A DNA stretch of 64,000 nt from Chloroflexota bacterium (GCA_003648195.1 QMOK01000001.1:13189-77188), one strand, 5' to 3'; counted from the first letter of the stretch, positions 24,798-33,758 are shown. The notes: a model not told the origin generated them from the letters alone. Numbers and translations: made by a program.

Positions 24798-24841
24798 GTA
24801 TTTCTTCCTGTCTATCAATGAACTGTGGAAAGAGGTGAAAG

Positions 24842-26161
24842 ATGAAAAACACGAAACATCTCGTAATTATCCTGACCGCCTTAGTAATCAGTTTGGGGCT
24901 GATTTCTTGCAAGGAGCAATCTGACCTTGCTCCGGCAGAGTCTAGCGAGTTCCAAGTTGCAGAGCTTACAGACGAGGCCAGAGCCTGCATAGAATGCCAC
25001 GCGACTGAAACTCACGGCATTGTCGAAGATTGGGATAGAAGCCGCCACGCAGATGAAGCTGTCAGTTGTATTGACTGCCACCAGGTTGAAGCCGATTCGC
25101 CTACGGCTCTGCATGACGTTGAAGGCCACGAAGACTTGACAGTCACCGTATCTATGCTGGTTCCACCATCCGCATGTGCCGAATGTCACGAAAAGGAAGT
25201 GGCTGATTTTCACGCTAGCGGACATGAGCGTGCAGGACTTCAAGTCATTGATAAAGATTCAATGCAAACACTTATCCACGTTCACGAAGGGCAAAACCAT
25301 CCTGAACTCAGTGGCGCATCTGAAGAAACCGGCTGTATGCAATGTCATGGCACCCAAATTGAAGTAGATGAGACTGGGCATCCAACCTCGGAAACCTATC
25401 CTATCGCCGGTATTGGCAATATTTACCCCAGTGGCGAGGTTGGCAATTGTGCCGTCTGCCACACCCGCCACAGCTTTGACATTGCCGAAGCTCGTAAGCC
25501 AGATGCTTGCGCTAGTTGTCATCTTGGGCCTGACCATCCCGACATTGAAATATTCGAAAACTCCAAACATGGGCAAATCTTTGCCGCCGAAGGCGAAGAT
25601 TGGGTTTGGGATAGCGCTCCCGGCGAATGGGAACCAGGCGATTATCGCGCCCCAACCTGTGCCACCTGTCACATGAGCGGCATCGGCGAGCTTGAAACTA
25701 CTCACAATGTCACCGAGCGTCTTTACTGGAACCTGTGGGCTAAGGTTTCCAAGGAGCGCACCGATCCAGACGTAATGGGGATGTACTACGGTGACGGAGA
25801 AGCTGGCCGCGAGACAATGGAAATGGTGTGCGGTGAGTGTCATAGCTCTACACATACCAAAAACTTCTTTGAGAGCGGTGATGGGGCGGTACAACTTTAC
25901 AATGAAGCCTATTTTGCACCCGCAGAGACCATGCGTGCTGAATTGGCTGAACTGGGACTGCTGAAGGACAATCCCTGGAAGGATGAATTCCAAATCCTCT
26001 ACTATCACCTTTGGCATCATGAAGGCCGCCGCGCTCGCCAAGGAGCTATGATGGCTGGCCCTGATTGGGCACATTGGGAGGGTTTCTTCATCTTACAGCA
26101 GGACCTATACAGAATGGAAGATATTTACAATCAGCGCATAGAGACGGGTGTGATCGAATAA
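24842..26161 (+). CDS. Octahaem cytochrome c, hydroxylamine-oxidoreductase (Hao)-like family, lipoprotein
   Basis: 439 aa with eight CxxCH motifs: CIECH, CIDCH, CAECH, CMQCH, CAVCH, CASCH, CATCH, CGECH. The Hao-like block CASCHLGPDHPDIEIFENSKHG is present. Signal peptide with lipobox LISC; RBS GAGGTGA. Confidence 0.8.
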   Translation: MKNTKHLVIILTALVISLGLISCKEQSDLAPAESSEFQVAELTDEARACIECHATETHGIVEDWDRSRHADEAVSCIDCHQVEADSPTALHDVEGHEDLTVTVSMLVPPSACAECHEKEVADFHASGHERAGLQVIDKDSMQTLIHVHEGQNHPELSGASEETGCMQCHGTQIEVDETGHPTSETYPIAGIGNIYPSGEVGNCAVCHTRHSFDIAEARKPDACASCHLGPDHPDIEIFENSKHGQIFAAEGEDWVWDSAPGEWEPGDYRAPTCATCHMSGIGELETTHNVTERLYWNLWAKVSKERTDPDVMGMYYGDGEAGRETMEMVCGECHSSTHTKNFFESGDGAVQLYNEAYFAPAETMRAELAELGLLKDNPWKDEFQILYYHLWHHEGRRARQGAMMAGPDWAHWEGFFILQQDLYRMEDIYNQRIETGVIE

Positions 26162-26190
26162 TTAAGGCTCTTTCGGAATTCACGGGGTAG

Positions 26191-26303
26191 ATGTCATTGC
26201 GAACCTCCGTTTTCGTTGTGCGTGCCATTGGCAGGAGGTGCGGCAATCCTCCAGATAGCCAGGGTGGCTGCCTCGTCACAAAAGACGTTCCTCGCCGCGA
26301 CAT
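26191..26303. repeat. MITE/REP-like hairpin element, long copy
   Basis: Runs atgtcattgcgaacctccgttttc ... ggctgcctcgtcacaaaagacgttcctcgccgcgacat. It is collinear with the reverse complement of 38013-38098, apart from a ~27-nt internal insertion. Confidence 0.8.
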
Positions 26304-26340
26304 ATTGGTTTGGAAAGTGTCTACATATTTGTGAACCACC

Positions 26341-26376
26341 CCAAAACTTCCTGTCTAAATAGACAGGAAGTTTTGG
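26341..26376 (+). terminator. 16-bp perfect palindrome, probable terminator after the cytochrome genes
   Basis: CCAAAACTTCCTGTCT, loop aaat, AGACAGGAAGTTTTGG, then CTTT. The T-tract is weak. Confidence 0.5.
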
Positions 26377-26829
26377 CTTTAAGTGTCATCAGTTATCCAG
26401 ATTATATATTTCACATAGCCGGCGGATTGCCGATAATGGACGTTGGCAGCACCGTGCGCCCCTCAGAGCGCACCAATTTTGGTCTCTTCAAATGTGCCTC
26501 GTTGTATATACTTAGTTCTATGTTATTGTTCGCGGAGGGTATTTGATACTCCATGCCGAAAATTTAAGAGATCGTAAGACTGTTGCGCAAAGTCTTAGAC
26601 CCACTAACGTCAATATGCAAGAATTAATAACTTAGTAGTGAAATATTTGCCAAAAAGAAGTATCCCTTTATGTTTATGTTCATGCCGTAGGCACGCATGT
26701 GAAGCACGCAAAGTGAGCGAAAGAAAAACTTTGTGTACTTTGTGCCTTTAGGATGAATAATTTTTTTAGTTCTGTCTTGTTCGTGTTAGAATGAGAACAG
26801 AAAAAACTTATCTTGTGGAAAATAAAAAT

Positions 26830-27348
26830 ATGACAGAAATAAACCAATTCGAAACTAACCCTCAGAGCGGCAGTAAAGCCAAGTTCATCATTGGTGGAGT
26901 GCTGATTGTAGCAGCTATCATCTACCTCATAGCCTCATCCGCCACAGCTAACGCACAATATTTCTTAACTGTAGAAGAAACTCTGCAAAAAAGCGCAACT
27001 GGAGAACTTGGTGACCGTGATTTGCGCATTTCTGGGGCTGTAATTGGAGACACAATCAACTATAATCCTCAGACCCTGGAATTATCATTTACAATTGCCC
27101 ACGTTCCAGGCAGCAAAAAAGAACTGGAGGCTGAGGGGGGGCTAGCAATTGCTTTACACAACGCGGTCAATGACCCCTATCGTCCACGCTTGAGGGTTGT
27201 TCACAATGGCCCCATGCCCGACCTGTTGCAAGATGAGGCTCAAGCTATCATCACTGGAAACCTCGAAGGGGAAGTCTTTTACGCTGATGAACTTCTCCTA
27301 AAATGCCCTACCAAGTACGAAGAATCTATCCCCGAACAGGTGGAATAA
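26830..27348 (+). CDS. ccmE: Cytochrome c maturation haem chaperone CcmE, CxxxY variant
   Basis: N-terminal TM helix plus an OB-fold region. The C-terminal PDLLQDEAQAIITG...LLLKCPTKYEE aligns with the canonical PDLFREGQG...LAKHDENY. I prefer the start MTEINQ at 26830, because the upstream ATG sits inside a TAGAAT -10-like box. Confidence 0.8.
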   Translation: MTEINQFETNPQSGSKAKFIIGGVLIVAAIIYLIASSATANAQYFLTVEETLQKSATGELGDRDLRISGAVIGDTINYNPQTLELSFTIAHVPGSKKELEAEGGLAIALHNAVNDPYRPRLRVVHNGPMPDLLQDEAQAIITGNLEGEVFYADELLLKCPTKYEESIPEQVE

Positions 27349-27401
27349 ACTTATCGCTTTAGCGACCAGCTTAATACAACAATTTTCATGGAGTAAACTT
27401 T

Positions 27402-29420
27402 ATGGCCCTCGATATAGGCTTTGGTTCCCTTACCATCACATTTCTAGTTACCCTTTACGCAGTTGGGGCAGCTATTTACGGAGAACGCAACAAAAATGAT
27501 CGATGGATAGATAGCGCACGTAACGCTATGCTGCTCACATTCCCTTTATTGACAATTTCCATCATCAGTATCATATATCTCATACTCACAAACCAATTCC
27601 AAGTGAACTACGTTGCACATGTAAGCAGCTTAAGTATGCCTGTTTATCTCAAAATCACCGCCTTATGGGGATCACAGGCAGGCTCGCTGGTCTTTTGGTC
27701 GTGGCTGCTGGCTGCCTTTGCCGCGGCAGTGATGCTACGCAAATGGGATAATGAGCGAGACCTCTTGCCGTGGGTGATAATCATCACCGCGGGAACGCTG
27801 GCCTTTTTTCTCTTTCTAAATGTGTTCTTTGAAAATCCTTTCGCTCGGTTGTGGCAATCCGTCCAGGGCGTTACTGTATCTATGTTTGCCCCGTCCGGTG
27901 CCATTCCTTACATCCCCGCTAACGGGCAAGGGTTAAACCCACTTTTGCGCCATCCAGGCATGATTATCCATCCCCCTGCTCAATATTTGGGGTTTGTATC
28001 CTGTATTATTCCCTATGCCTTTGCGATGGCCTCTTTGATAACCGGTAGAAAGGACGACAACTGGATATATATATCACGGCGCTGGACGCTGTGGGCGTGG
28101 GTATTCCTCTCCCTGGGATTGGTGCTGGGCATGCGTTGGGCCTATGATGTACTGGGATGGGGAGGGTACTGGGGCTGGGATCCCGTTGAAATTTCGGCAT
28201 TATTGCCCTGGCTAACGGGAACAGCCTTTTTACATTCCGTGATGATCCAGGAAAAACGAGGTATGTTCAAGCAGTGGAATATGGTGCTGATAATCCTCAC
28301 CTACGACCTGGTTATCTTCGGTACATTCCTAACCCGTTCGGGGGTTCTCTCATCAGTACACGCCTTTTCAACAAGTGCCATTGGGCCGCTGTTCTTTGCT
28401 TTTATTGCTCTCACTCTAACGGCTTCGCTGGGATTATTGCTCCACCGGTGGGATGATCTCAAATCAAATAATGAACTAAAATCCTTTTTCTCACGGGAAG
28501 CTCTTTTCCTCCTCAACAATTTATTGTTCATGGGCGTTCTGGTTACCTCTTTTTGGGGCGTCATTTTCCCTTTGATTTCAGAGTTAGTCTCTGGGCAAAA
28601 AGTCACGGTAGGGCCGCCTTTCTACGAAAGAGCCACGGCGCCTTTATTGGGAGGATTAATGCTTTTGATGGGTGTGGCCCCACTTTCTGTCTGGGGATAT
28701 TCCTCATGGAAAACCCTAGGGCGTTCAATCTGGAAGCCGTTTTTGGCTTCTCTGCTCACAATTCCAGTTGTCTTCTATCTTGGCATCTGGAAACCTTGGT
28801 ACGCGATAGTTGCTTTTTGGATGGTTGGATTTGTGATTGCGGTGACGGTTTACGAATTTTGGTGTGGAACTATAAGTCGTATGAGGCGGTTTAAAGAAAA
28901 TTTCTTCGTTGCTCTCTGGAAATTGGTTACGCGCTATCGTCGTCGATACGGTGGATACATCATCCACTTGGGCATGGTTCTGATGGCATTGGGCATTATT
29001 GGCATTGAAATGTTCCAAACAGATACTCAAGGAACAATTGATGTAGGTGAGTATTTACAACTTGACGAATACACGATGACTTTTGATGATATAGCTATTT
29101 TTGATACTAACGATGGGCGTTATGTAACCCGCGCAGTAGTGGGCATTTTCAAAAACGATGAAAAAGTGTCTGAGCTGTACCCTCGGCGAGACTACTTTTA
29201 TGATGCACGGCAATATGTGACCGTTCCTGGGATGCGCAGCACGCTGGCTGATGAATTTTACGTCATCCTTGTAGACCTTGATCCCATTACACGGGCCATA
29301 GCTACCTTCAAAATTTACCATAATCCACTAGTAAAATGGATGTGGGTTGGCTCCTGGGTTTTTATAGTCGGTTTTATTGTTACTGTTTGGCCGGATAAAA
29401 AACCCCATACTCGCCGCTGA
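27402..29420 (+). CDS. ccmF: Cytochrome c haem lyase subunit CcmF
   Basis: 672 aa, polytopic. The WWD-type motif WGGYWGWDPVE is present. Confidence 0.9.
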   Translation: MALDIGFGSLTITFLVTLYAVGAAIYGERNKNDRWIDSARNAMLLTFPLLTISIISIIYLILTNQFQVNYVAHVSSLSMPVYLKITALWGSQAGSLVFWSWLLAAFAAAVMLRKWDNERDLLPWVIIITAGTLAFFLFLNVFFENPFARLWQSVQGVTVSMFAPSGAIPYIPANGQGLNPLLRHPGMIIHPPAQYLGFVSCIIPYAFAMASLITGRKDDNWIYISRRWTLWAWVFLSLGLVLGMRWAYDVLGWGGYWGWDPVEISALLPWLTGTAFLHSVMIQEKRGMFKQWNMVLIILTYDLVIFGTFLTRSGVLSSVHAFSTSAIGPLFFAFIALTLTASLGLLLHRWDDLKSNNELKSFFSREALFLLNNLLFMGVLVTSFWGVIFPLISELVSGQKVTVGPPFYERATAPLLGGLMLLMGVAPLSVWGYSSWKTLGRSIWKPFLASLLTIPVVFYLGIWKPWYAIVAFWMVGFVIAVTVYEFWCGTISRMRRFKENFFVALWKLVTRYRRRYGGYIIHLGMVLMALGIIGIEMFQTDTQGTIDVGEYLQLDEYTMTFDDIAIFDTNDGRYVTRAVVGIFKNDEKVSELYPRRDYFYDARQYVTVPGMRSTLADEFYVILVDLDPITRAIATFKIYHNPLVKWMWVGSWVFIVGFIVTVWPDKKPHTRR

Positions 29421-29448
29421 AATTGCGCCATTTCTTGAGGACTCAAAA

Positions 29449-29958
29449 ATGAAAAAATTCATAAAGCAAATTCATGTCATCCTTTTGAGTATTATGTTCC
29501 TTTCCTTGGCCTTTCCGCATGTCGTCACCGCGCAAGACCCTACGCCTTCCGATGATGATGTCAACGACATCGCCGAACAACTTTATTGTCCTGTTTGCGA
29601 GAATATTCCCCTTGATGCGTGTGCCACTCAGGCGTGCGTGCAATGGCGGGGCATTATCCGCGACAAGTTGGCCGAAGGCTGGAGTGAAGACGAAATAAAA
29701 CAGTATTTTGTAGATCAATACGGTGACCGCGTTCTGGCAGAACCTCCCCTGCGGGGGTTGAATTGGCTGGTATATATTGTGCCCCCGGCGGCTTTTCTAG
29801 CTGGGGCATATATGCTATATAGGAATTTTCGAACTCCTAAAGCAGCCAATGGGAAACAAGGCACTGGGCATAAACAAGATGCCTCATCAAAGGCAAAAAC
29901 CGAACCAGAAATAGATAACTATATCGCAAAGTTGGAAGAAGAACTGCGTAATCGGTAA
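29449..29958 (+). CDS. ccmH: Cytochrome c maturation protein CcmH/CycL
   Basis: Signal peptide, redox motif LYCPVCENIP, and a C-terminal TM helix. I prefer the start MKKFIKQ at 29449. Confidence 0.8.
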   Translation: MKKFIKQIHVILLSIMFLSLAFPHVVTAQDPTPSDDDVNDIAEQLYCPVCENIPLDACATQACVQWRGIIRDKLAEGWSEDEIKQYFVDQYGDRVLAEPPLRGLNWLVYIVPPAAFLAGAYMLYRNFRTPKAANGKQGTGHKQDASSKAKTEPEIDNYIAKLEEELRNR

Positions 29959-29975
29959 ATACAAGGATTGAATCT

Positions 29976-30482
29976 ATGAAAAAAATATTAATTTGGGCAG
30001 GTTTAGCCGCCCTATTATTACTCTTAGCCATAGGCCTAAAAAGAGCTCAACAAGGACAGATTGGTGTTGGAGAGATGGCCCCAGACTTTACCCTAACCGC
30101 TTTTGACGGAGAAGAATATCACCTAGCGGACTTTAAAGGCCAAGTAGTTGTCGTCAACTTTTGGGCTTCATGGTGCGTGACCTGTAAACCAGAAGCTGAA
30201 GATTTGGAAAGCGCCTGGCGGAAATACCAAGGCGATGTCATTTTCTTGGGCGTGGACTACGTAGACACCGAGAAAGAAGCCAAAGCCTACCTAGAAGAAG
30301 CAAACGTCACCTACCCCAACGGCCCCGACAAACGCACATTAATTTCCCAAGCCTATCGCGTAACTGGCGTCCCCGAAACCTTCATCATAGACAAAAGCGG
30401 AAAAGTAGCCTATGTCCAAATTGGCCCTTTTCGATCATATAACGAAATTATTTTTCTAATTGAGCCACTGCTAAATAAGTAA
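29976..30482 (+). CDS. ccmG: Thioredoxin-fold thiol:disulfide oxidoreductase (CcmG/DsbE/TlpA-like)
   Basis: 168 aa with a membrane anchor. Contains WASWCVTCKPE (CxxC) and GVPETFIID. Confidence 0.85.
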   Translation: MKKILIWAGLAALLLLLAIGLKRAQQGQIGVGEMAPDFTLTAFDGEEYHLADFKGQVVVVNFWASWCVTCKPEAEDLESAWRKYQGDVIFLGVDYVDTEKEAKAYLEEANVTYPNGPDKRTLISQAYRVTGVPETFIIDKSGKVAYVQIGPFRSYNEIIFLIEPLLNK

Positions 30483-30564
30483 AACGTGAGACGTGAAGAC
30501 GTGAAACACTCGTCACGCATCACTCATCACTCGTCACACATCACTTCTAAAAAGGTAAACCACT

Positions 30565-30861
30565 ATGAACTCTGGTTCCATATCTATCATTTTGGCAATT
30601 TTCCTTCTGGTAGCTTTGTATATCAGCCAGCCTTTCCTGAGAGTGGGAACTTCAAAGGACCGGAAATATGAAAGCGAATATCCCCGCCTGATGGCAGAGA
30701 GGGAGCGCATCCTTGACGCAATTGAGGAATTAAACATTGACTGTGAGTTGGGCAAAATAGCAGAAGAAGATTATCAGCGACAGAAGCAATTGCTCCTCAA
30801 GCAAGGAGCGGAAGTCCTCCGGCATCTCGACAAGCTTGAGCAAAATGAGAACACATCATGA
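30565..30861 (+). CDS. Small TM plus coiled-coil protein within the ccm cluster (possibly CcmI-N-terminal-like)
   Basis: 98 aa: one N-terminal TM helix followed by a charged helix. Its stop overlaps the ccmA start (ATGA), which supports translation. Confidence 0.55.
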   Translation: MNSGSISIILAIFLLVALYISQPFLRVGTSKDRKYESEYPRLMAERERILDAIEELNIDCELGKIAEEDYQRQKQLLLKQGAEVLRHLDKLEQNENTS

Positions 30862-31562
30862 TCGTTGTCCGTAACCTGCTAAAACGCTTTGGCCCTAAAA
30901 TAGTACTCCGGCAGTTGAATTTTGACGTAAAAGCCGGCGAGTTTGTGGGATTACTCGGCCCCAACGGGGCTGGCAAAACCACATTTTTACGGATTCTCGC
31001 CTCCCTCTCCCGCCCCGCCTTTGGGCAAGTGCAAATCGCCGGGTTCCAGCTCCCCGCCCAAGCGGCTCAAGTCCGCCGCAGGCTGGGCGTGGTCTCCCAT
31101 CAGCCATTACTCTACGATGACCTCACCGCCGAGGAAAATCTCTGGTTTTACGGGCGGATGTATGCCCTTGTGGATGTGAAATCCCGCGCGGAAGAAGTGC
31201 TCAATTTGGTGGGACTCCATCCCCGGCGAGCAGACCTGGTGCGCACATTCTCGCGGGGGATGCGCCAACGTTTAGCCATCGGGCGGGCGGTGCTGCATAA
31301 CCCGGACGTAATGCTCTTCGACGAGCCTCACACCGGCCTAGACCAAGACGCTTGCGCCATGCTAGATGCCGTTCTGAGTGAAATTGCCGCTCGCGGACGC
31401 ACGGTGGTAATGACTTCGCACGATTTAGCCCGCGTGGCAGATTTGGCCTCGCGCTTTGACGTTCTCTCACGAGGCAAAATCGTGGCTTCGGAGACACGGG
31501 AAGAGGTCGGGGGCGATAATCTTCTGCGTTTTTACCGCCAAGCCGTAAAAGGAGGTGACTAA
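30858..31562 (+). CDS. ccmA: Haem exporter ATP-binding protein CcmA
   Basis: Walker A GPNGAGKTT, signature FSRGMRQR, Walker B VMLFDEPH. Its position, directly before ccmB, also supports the call. Confidence 0.85.
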   Translation: MIVVRNLLKRFGPKIVLRQLNFDVKAGEFVGLLGPNGAGKTTFLRILASLSRPAFGQVQIAGFQLPAQAAQVRRRLGVVSHQPLLYDDLTAEENLWFYGRMYALVDVKSRAEEVLNLVGLHPRRADLVRTFSRGMRQRLAIGRAVLHNPDVMLFDEPHTGLDQDACAMLDAVLSEIAARGRTVVMTSHDLARVADLASRFDVLSRGKIVASETREEVGGDNLLRFYRQAVKGGD

Positions 31563-32248
31563 TGTTTGCCCGCTTTAAAAGCTACCTCCGAGCGTTAGCA
31601 GCCATCGTCTGGAAAGACCTAGCCGCCGAATTGCGCAGCCGCGAATTGCTTTCAGCTATGCTGGTTTTTGCTTTGTTAGTCATTCTCATTTTCAACTTCG
31701 CTCTGGAGCTGGACATAAGAGCGCGAGATTCGGTAACGGCTGGAATCTTGTGGGTCACGTTTGCTTTTGCTGGAACTCTGGGCCTAAACCGCTCTATGGC
31801 CTCCGAAAAGGATCGCGGCTGCTTAGACGGCCTATTGCTGGCTCCCGTAGACCGCAGCGCGATTTATTTTGGCAAAGCTATTGGCAATCTCATTTTCATG
31901 TTCATCGTCGAAATTATTGTCCTGCCCGTCTACAGCGTGTTGTATAATATCAACCTCTTTCAGCCGGGTCTAATTTTGGTGATTTTGCTGGGATCTGTCG
32001 GTTACGTGGCGGTGGGGACATTGCTGGCAACCATGGCTGTTCAAATCCGCACCCGCGATATTATGCTCCCCATTTTGCTTTTCCCTTTGGCAATTCCCGT
32101 CCTCATAGCCGCTGTCAAGGCCAGTGATGGCTTCTTACAAGCTTTCCCGCTGGCCGATATTATGCCATGGCTGAATTTGCTTATTGCCTATGATATTATC
32201 TTTATAGCCATTGCTTTTATGACTTTCGATTATGTAGTTGAGGAGTGA
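31562..32248 (+). CDS. ccmB: Haem exporter permease CcmB
   Basis: 228 aa, 6 TM. Its start overlaps the ccmA stop. The size and layout are CcmB-like. Confidence 0.8.
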   Translation: MFARFKSYLRALAAIVWKDLAAELRSRELLSAMLVFALLVILIFNFALELDIRARDSVTAGILWVTFAFAGTLGLNRSMASEKDRGCLDGLLLAPVDRSAIYFGKAIGNLIFMFIVEIIVLPVYSVLYNINLFQPGLILVILLGSVGYVAVGTLLATMAVQIRTRDIMLPILLFPLAIPVLIAAVKASDGFLQAFPLADIMPWLNLLIAYDIIFIAIAFMTFDYVVEE

Positions 32249-32351
32249 AGAGTGATGAGTGATGAGTAAGGTCATGTTTTATCGCGAAGCATCCCCGTAG
32301 GGGGACTTTTTACTCATTACGTTTTACTTTTAGTTATCAGGAGATTTCTTT

Positions 32352-33047
32352 ATGACAGAAAAACCCCGTTTGCTTAAACTCTTGGATACCTTAACCATTA
32401 TCTTTATGCTTGCTGCCGCGGGCCTGGTTTTCTTTTACGCGCCGGTAGAAAAGATTATGGGCCAAGTTCAAAAAGTGTTTTATTTTCACGTGGCGAATGC
32501 TTGGGTTGGGATGTTGGGCTTTACGGTTGCCGCTGTGATGGGTGGCATTTATTTATGGAAAGGGGAGAAAAAATATGATGCTGCCGAGTTCGCAGCTGTA
32601 GAAATTAGTTTTGTTTTCTTTTTGGTTGCCATTATCTCCGGCTCAATTTGGGCGCGTCCGGCTTGGAACACGTGGTGGACATGGGACCCGCGCCTAACCA
32701 CTGCTTCTATCGTGGAGCTGATTTACGCCGCTTACCTCCTCCTTCGCCGGGGGATAGATGACCCCGACCGGCGGGCGCGTTACTCGGCCATTTACGCTAT
32801 TTTTGGGTTTCTCAGCGTCCCCTTGACGTTTATCTCTATCCGTCTGCTCCGCACCATTCACCCCGTGGTGGTAGGAGGTTCTGACGCCGCGGCCCAAGGC
32901 GGCTTCAACATGACCACGCCCATGAAAATAACTTTCTTTTTCGGTCTTTTCGCGTTCTCTGTCTTTTTTGCGGATTTGCTCTGGCATCGCATCCGTTTGG
33001 GAGCACTCCAAGAGAAAATCGAGAACTTACGTTGGCACACGAGCTAA
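32352..33047 (+). CDS. ccmC: Haem exporter protein CcmC
   Basis: 231 aa. The WWD motif WNTWWTWDPRLT is present. Confidence 0.88.
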   Translation: MTEKPRLLKLLDTLTIIFMLAAAGLVFFYAPVEKIMGQVQKVFYFHVANAWVGMLGFTVAAVMGGIYLWKGEKKYDAAEFAAVEISFVFFLVAIISGSIWARPAWNTWWTWDPRLTTASIVELIYAAYLLLRRGIDDPDRRARYSAIYAIFGFLSVPLTFISIRLLRTIHPVVVGGSDAAAQGGFNMTTPMKITFFFGLFAFSVFFADLLWHRIRLGALQEKIENLRWHTS

Positions 33048-33110
33048 ACAGCAACGTTCAAATCCCTCAGACTTCCGAAGTCTAGGTCTAATTACGCAGG
33101 AGAAATAACT

Positions 33111-33260
33111 ATGTTTTCACCATTAGCTACAGCAGATACTTTAAATTATATGATTGCGGGTTACGCGGTGATTTTTGGGGCCATGTTGGGATATGTCGTG
33201 AGCTTGATCATCCGCTACCACAAAGCGAAGCAAGAACTTTCTAACCTAGAAGAACTTTGA
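33111..33260 (+). CDS. ccmD: Probable CcmD (49-aa single-TM protein, below the ORF-track cutoff)
   Basis: ATG at 33111 follows GCAGGAGAAATAACT. The product is MFSPLATADTLNYMIAGYAVIFGAMLGYVVSLIIRYHKAKQELSNLEEL. Position after ccmC and size match CcmD. Confidence 0.6.
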   Translation: MFSPLATADTLNYMIAGYAVIFGAMLGYVVSLIIRYHKAKQELSNLEEL

Positions 33261-33356
33261 GTAAGTGTAACGCGCTTTAGAAGTGCATTGCGCCTACCAC
33301 ATATTCTAGTAAAATATCTGCGGACATGCTATAACCTGTAAATAAAGGACAAAATT

Positions 33357-33758
33357 ATGCTCCTCGAGTTCGTTTCCCTTACAAGACGCAATCACGGCTT
33401 AGAACACGCCACCATGAACTTTTTGGGTTCAAAATATCCTCGCCGCCCTTTCGCTGGACATTCCGATTGGCGCGGTTTTTGGATTATGGGGGATATTGCA
33501 ACCCCTGAGCTTCTTGAAGTGGTTCAACAAGCCCTAAACGCTTTGCAATCTGGGCGGCACGACTTGGCTATTCATGCCAATTGCGGCACTAATTTGGTTG
33601 TTTCGGGGGCTATGGCCGGGATGGCGGGCGTGGTGGGAATGGTGGGCGCAGGGGAAGAGCGCCGCGCCAAATTGGATAGGATTCCCCTGGTGATCACTCT
33701 AGCCACGCTGGCGTTGATGCTTTCCCGTCCGGTGGGCCTCTGCTCCGGAAGCACCTAA
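33357..33758 (+). CDS. Conserved-looking hypothetical protein
   Basis: 133-aa ORF (LTRRNHGLEHATMNFL ... HANCGTNLV), with hydrophobic C-terminal segments. I recognise no family with confidence. Confidence 0.5.
   Translation: MLLEFVSLTRRNHGLEHATMNFLGSKYPRRPFAGHSDWRGFWIMGDIATPELLEVVQQALNALQSGRHDLAIHANCGTNLVVSGAMAGMAGVVGMVGAGEERRAKLDRIPLVITLATLALMLSRPVGLCSGST

Noticed and set aside
25259-26074. A long antisense ORF (271 aa) opposite the Hao-like gene. Similar antisense ORFs lie opposite iorA (7766-9142), the ccm genes, M16 peptidases, ahcY, mtnA and the ABC genes.
   Set aside because: The sense-strand ORFs carry clear family motifs such as CxxCH x8. The antisense frames are low-complexity, have no RBS, and are typical of GC-rich coding regions.
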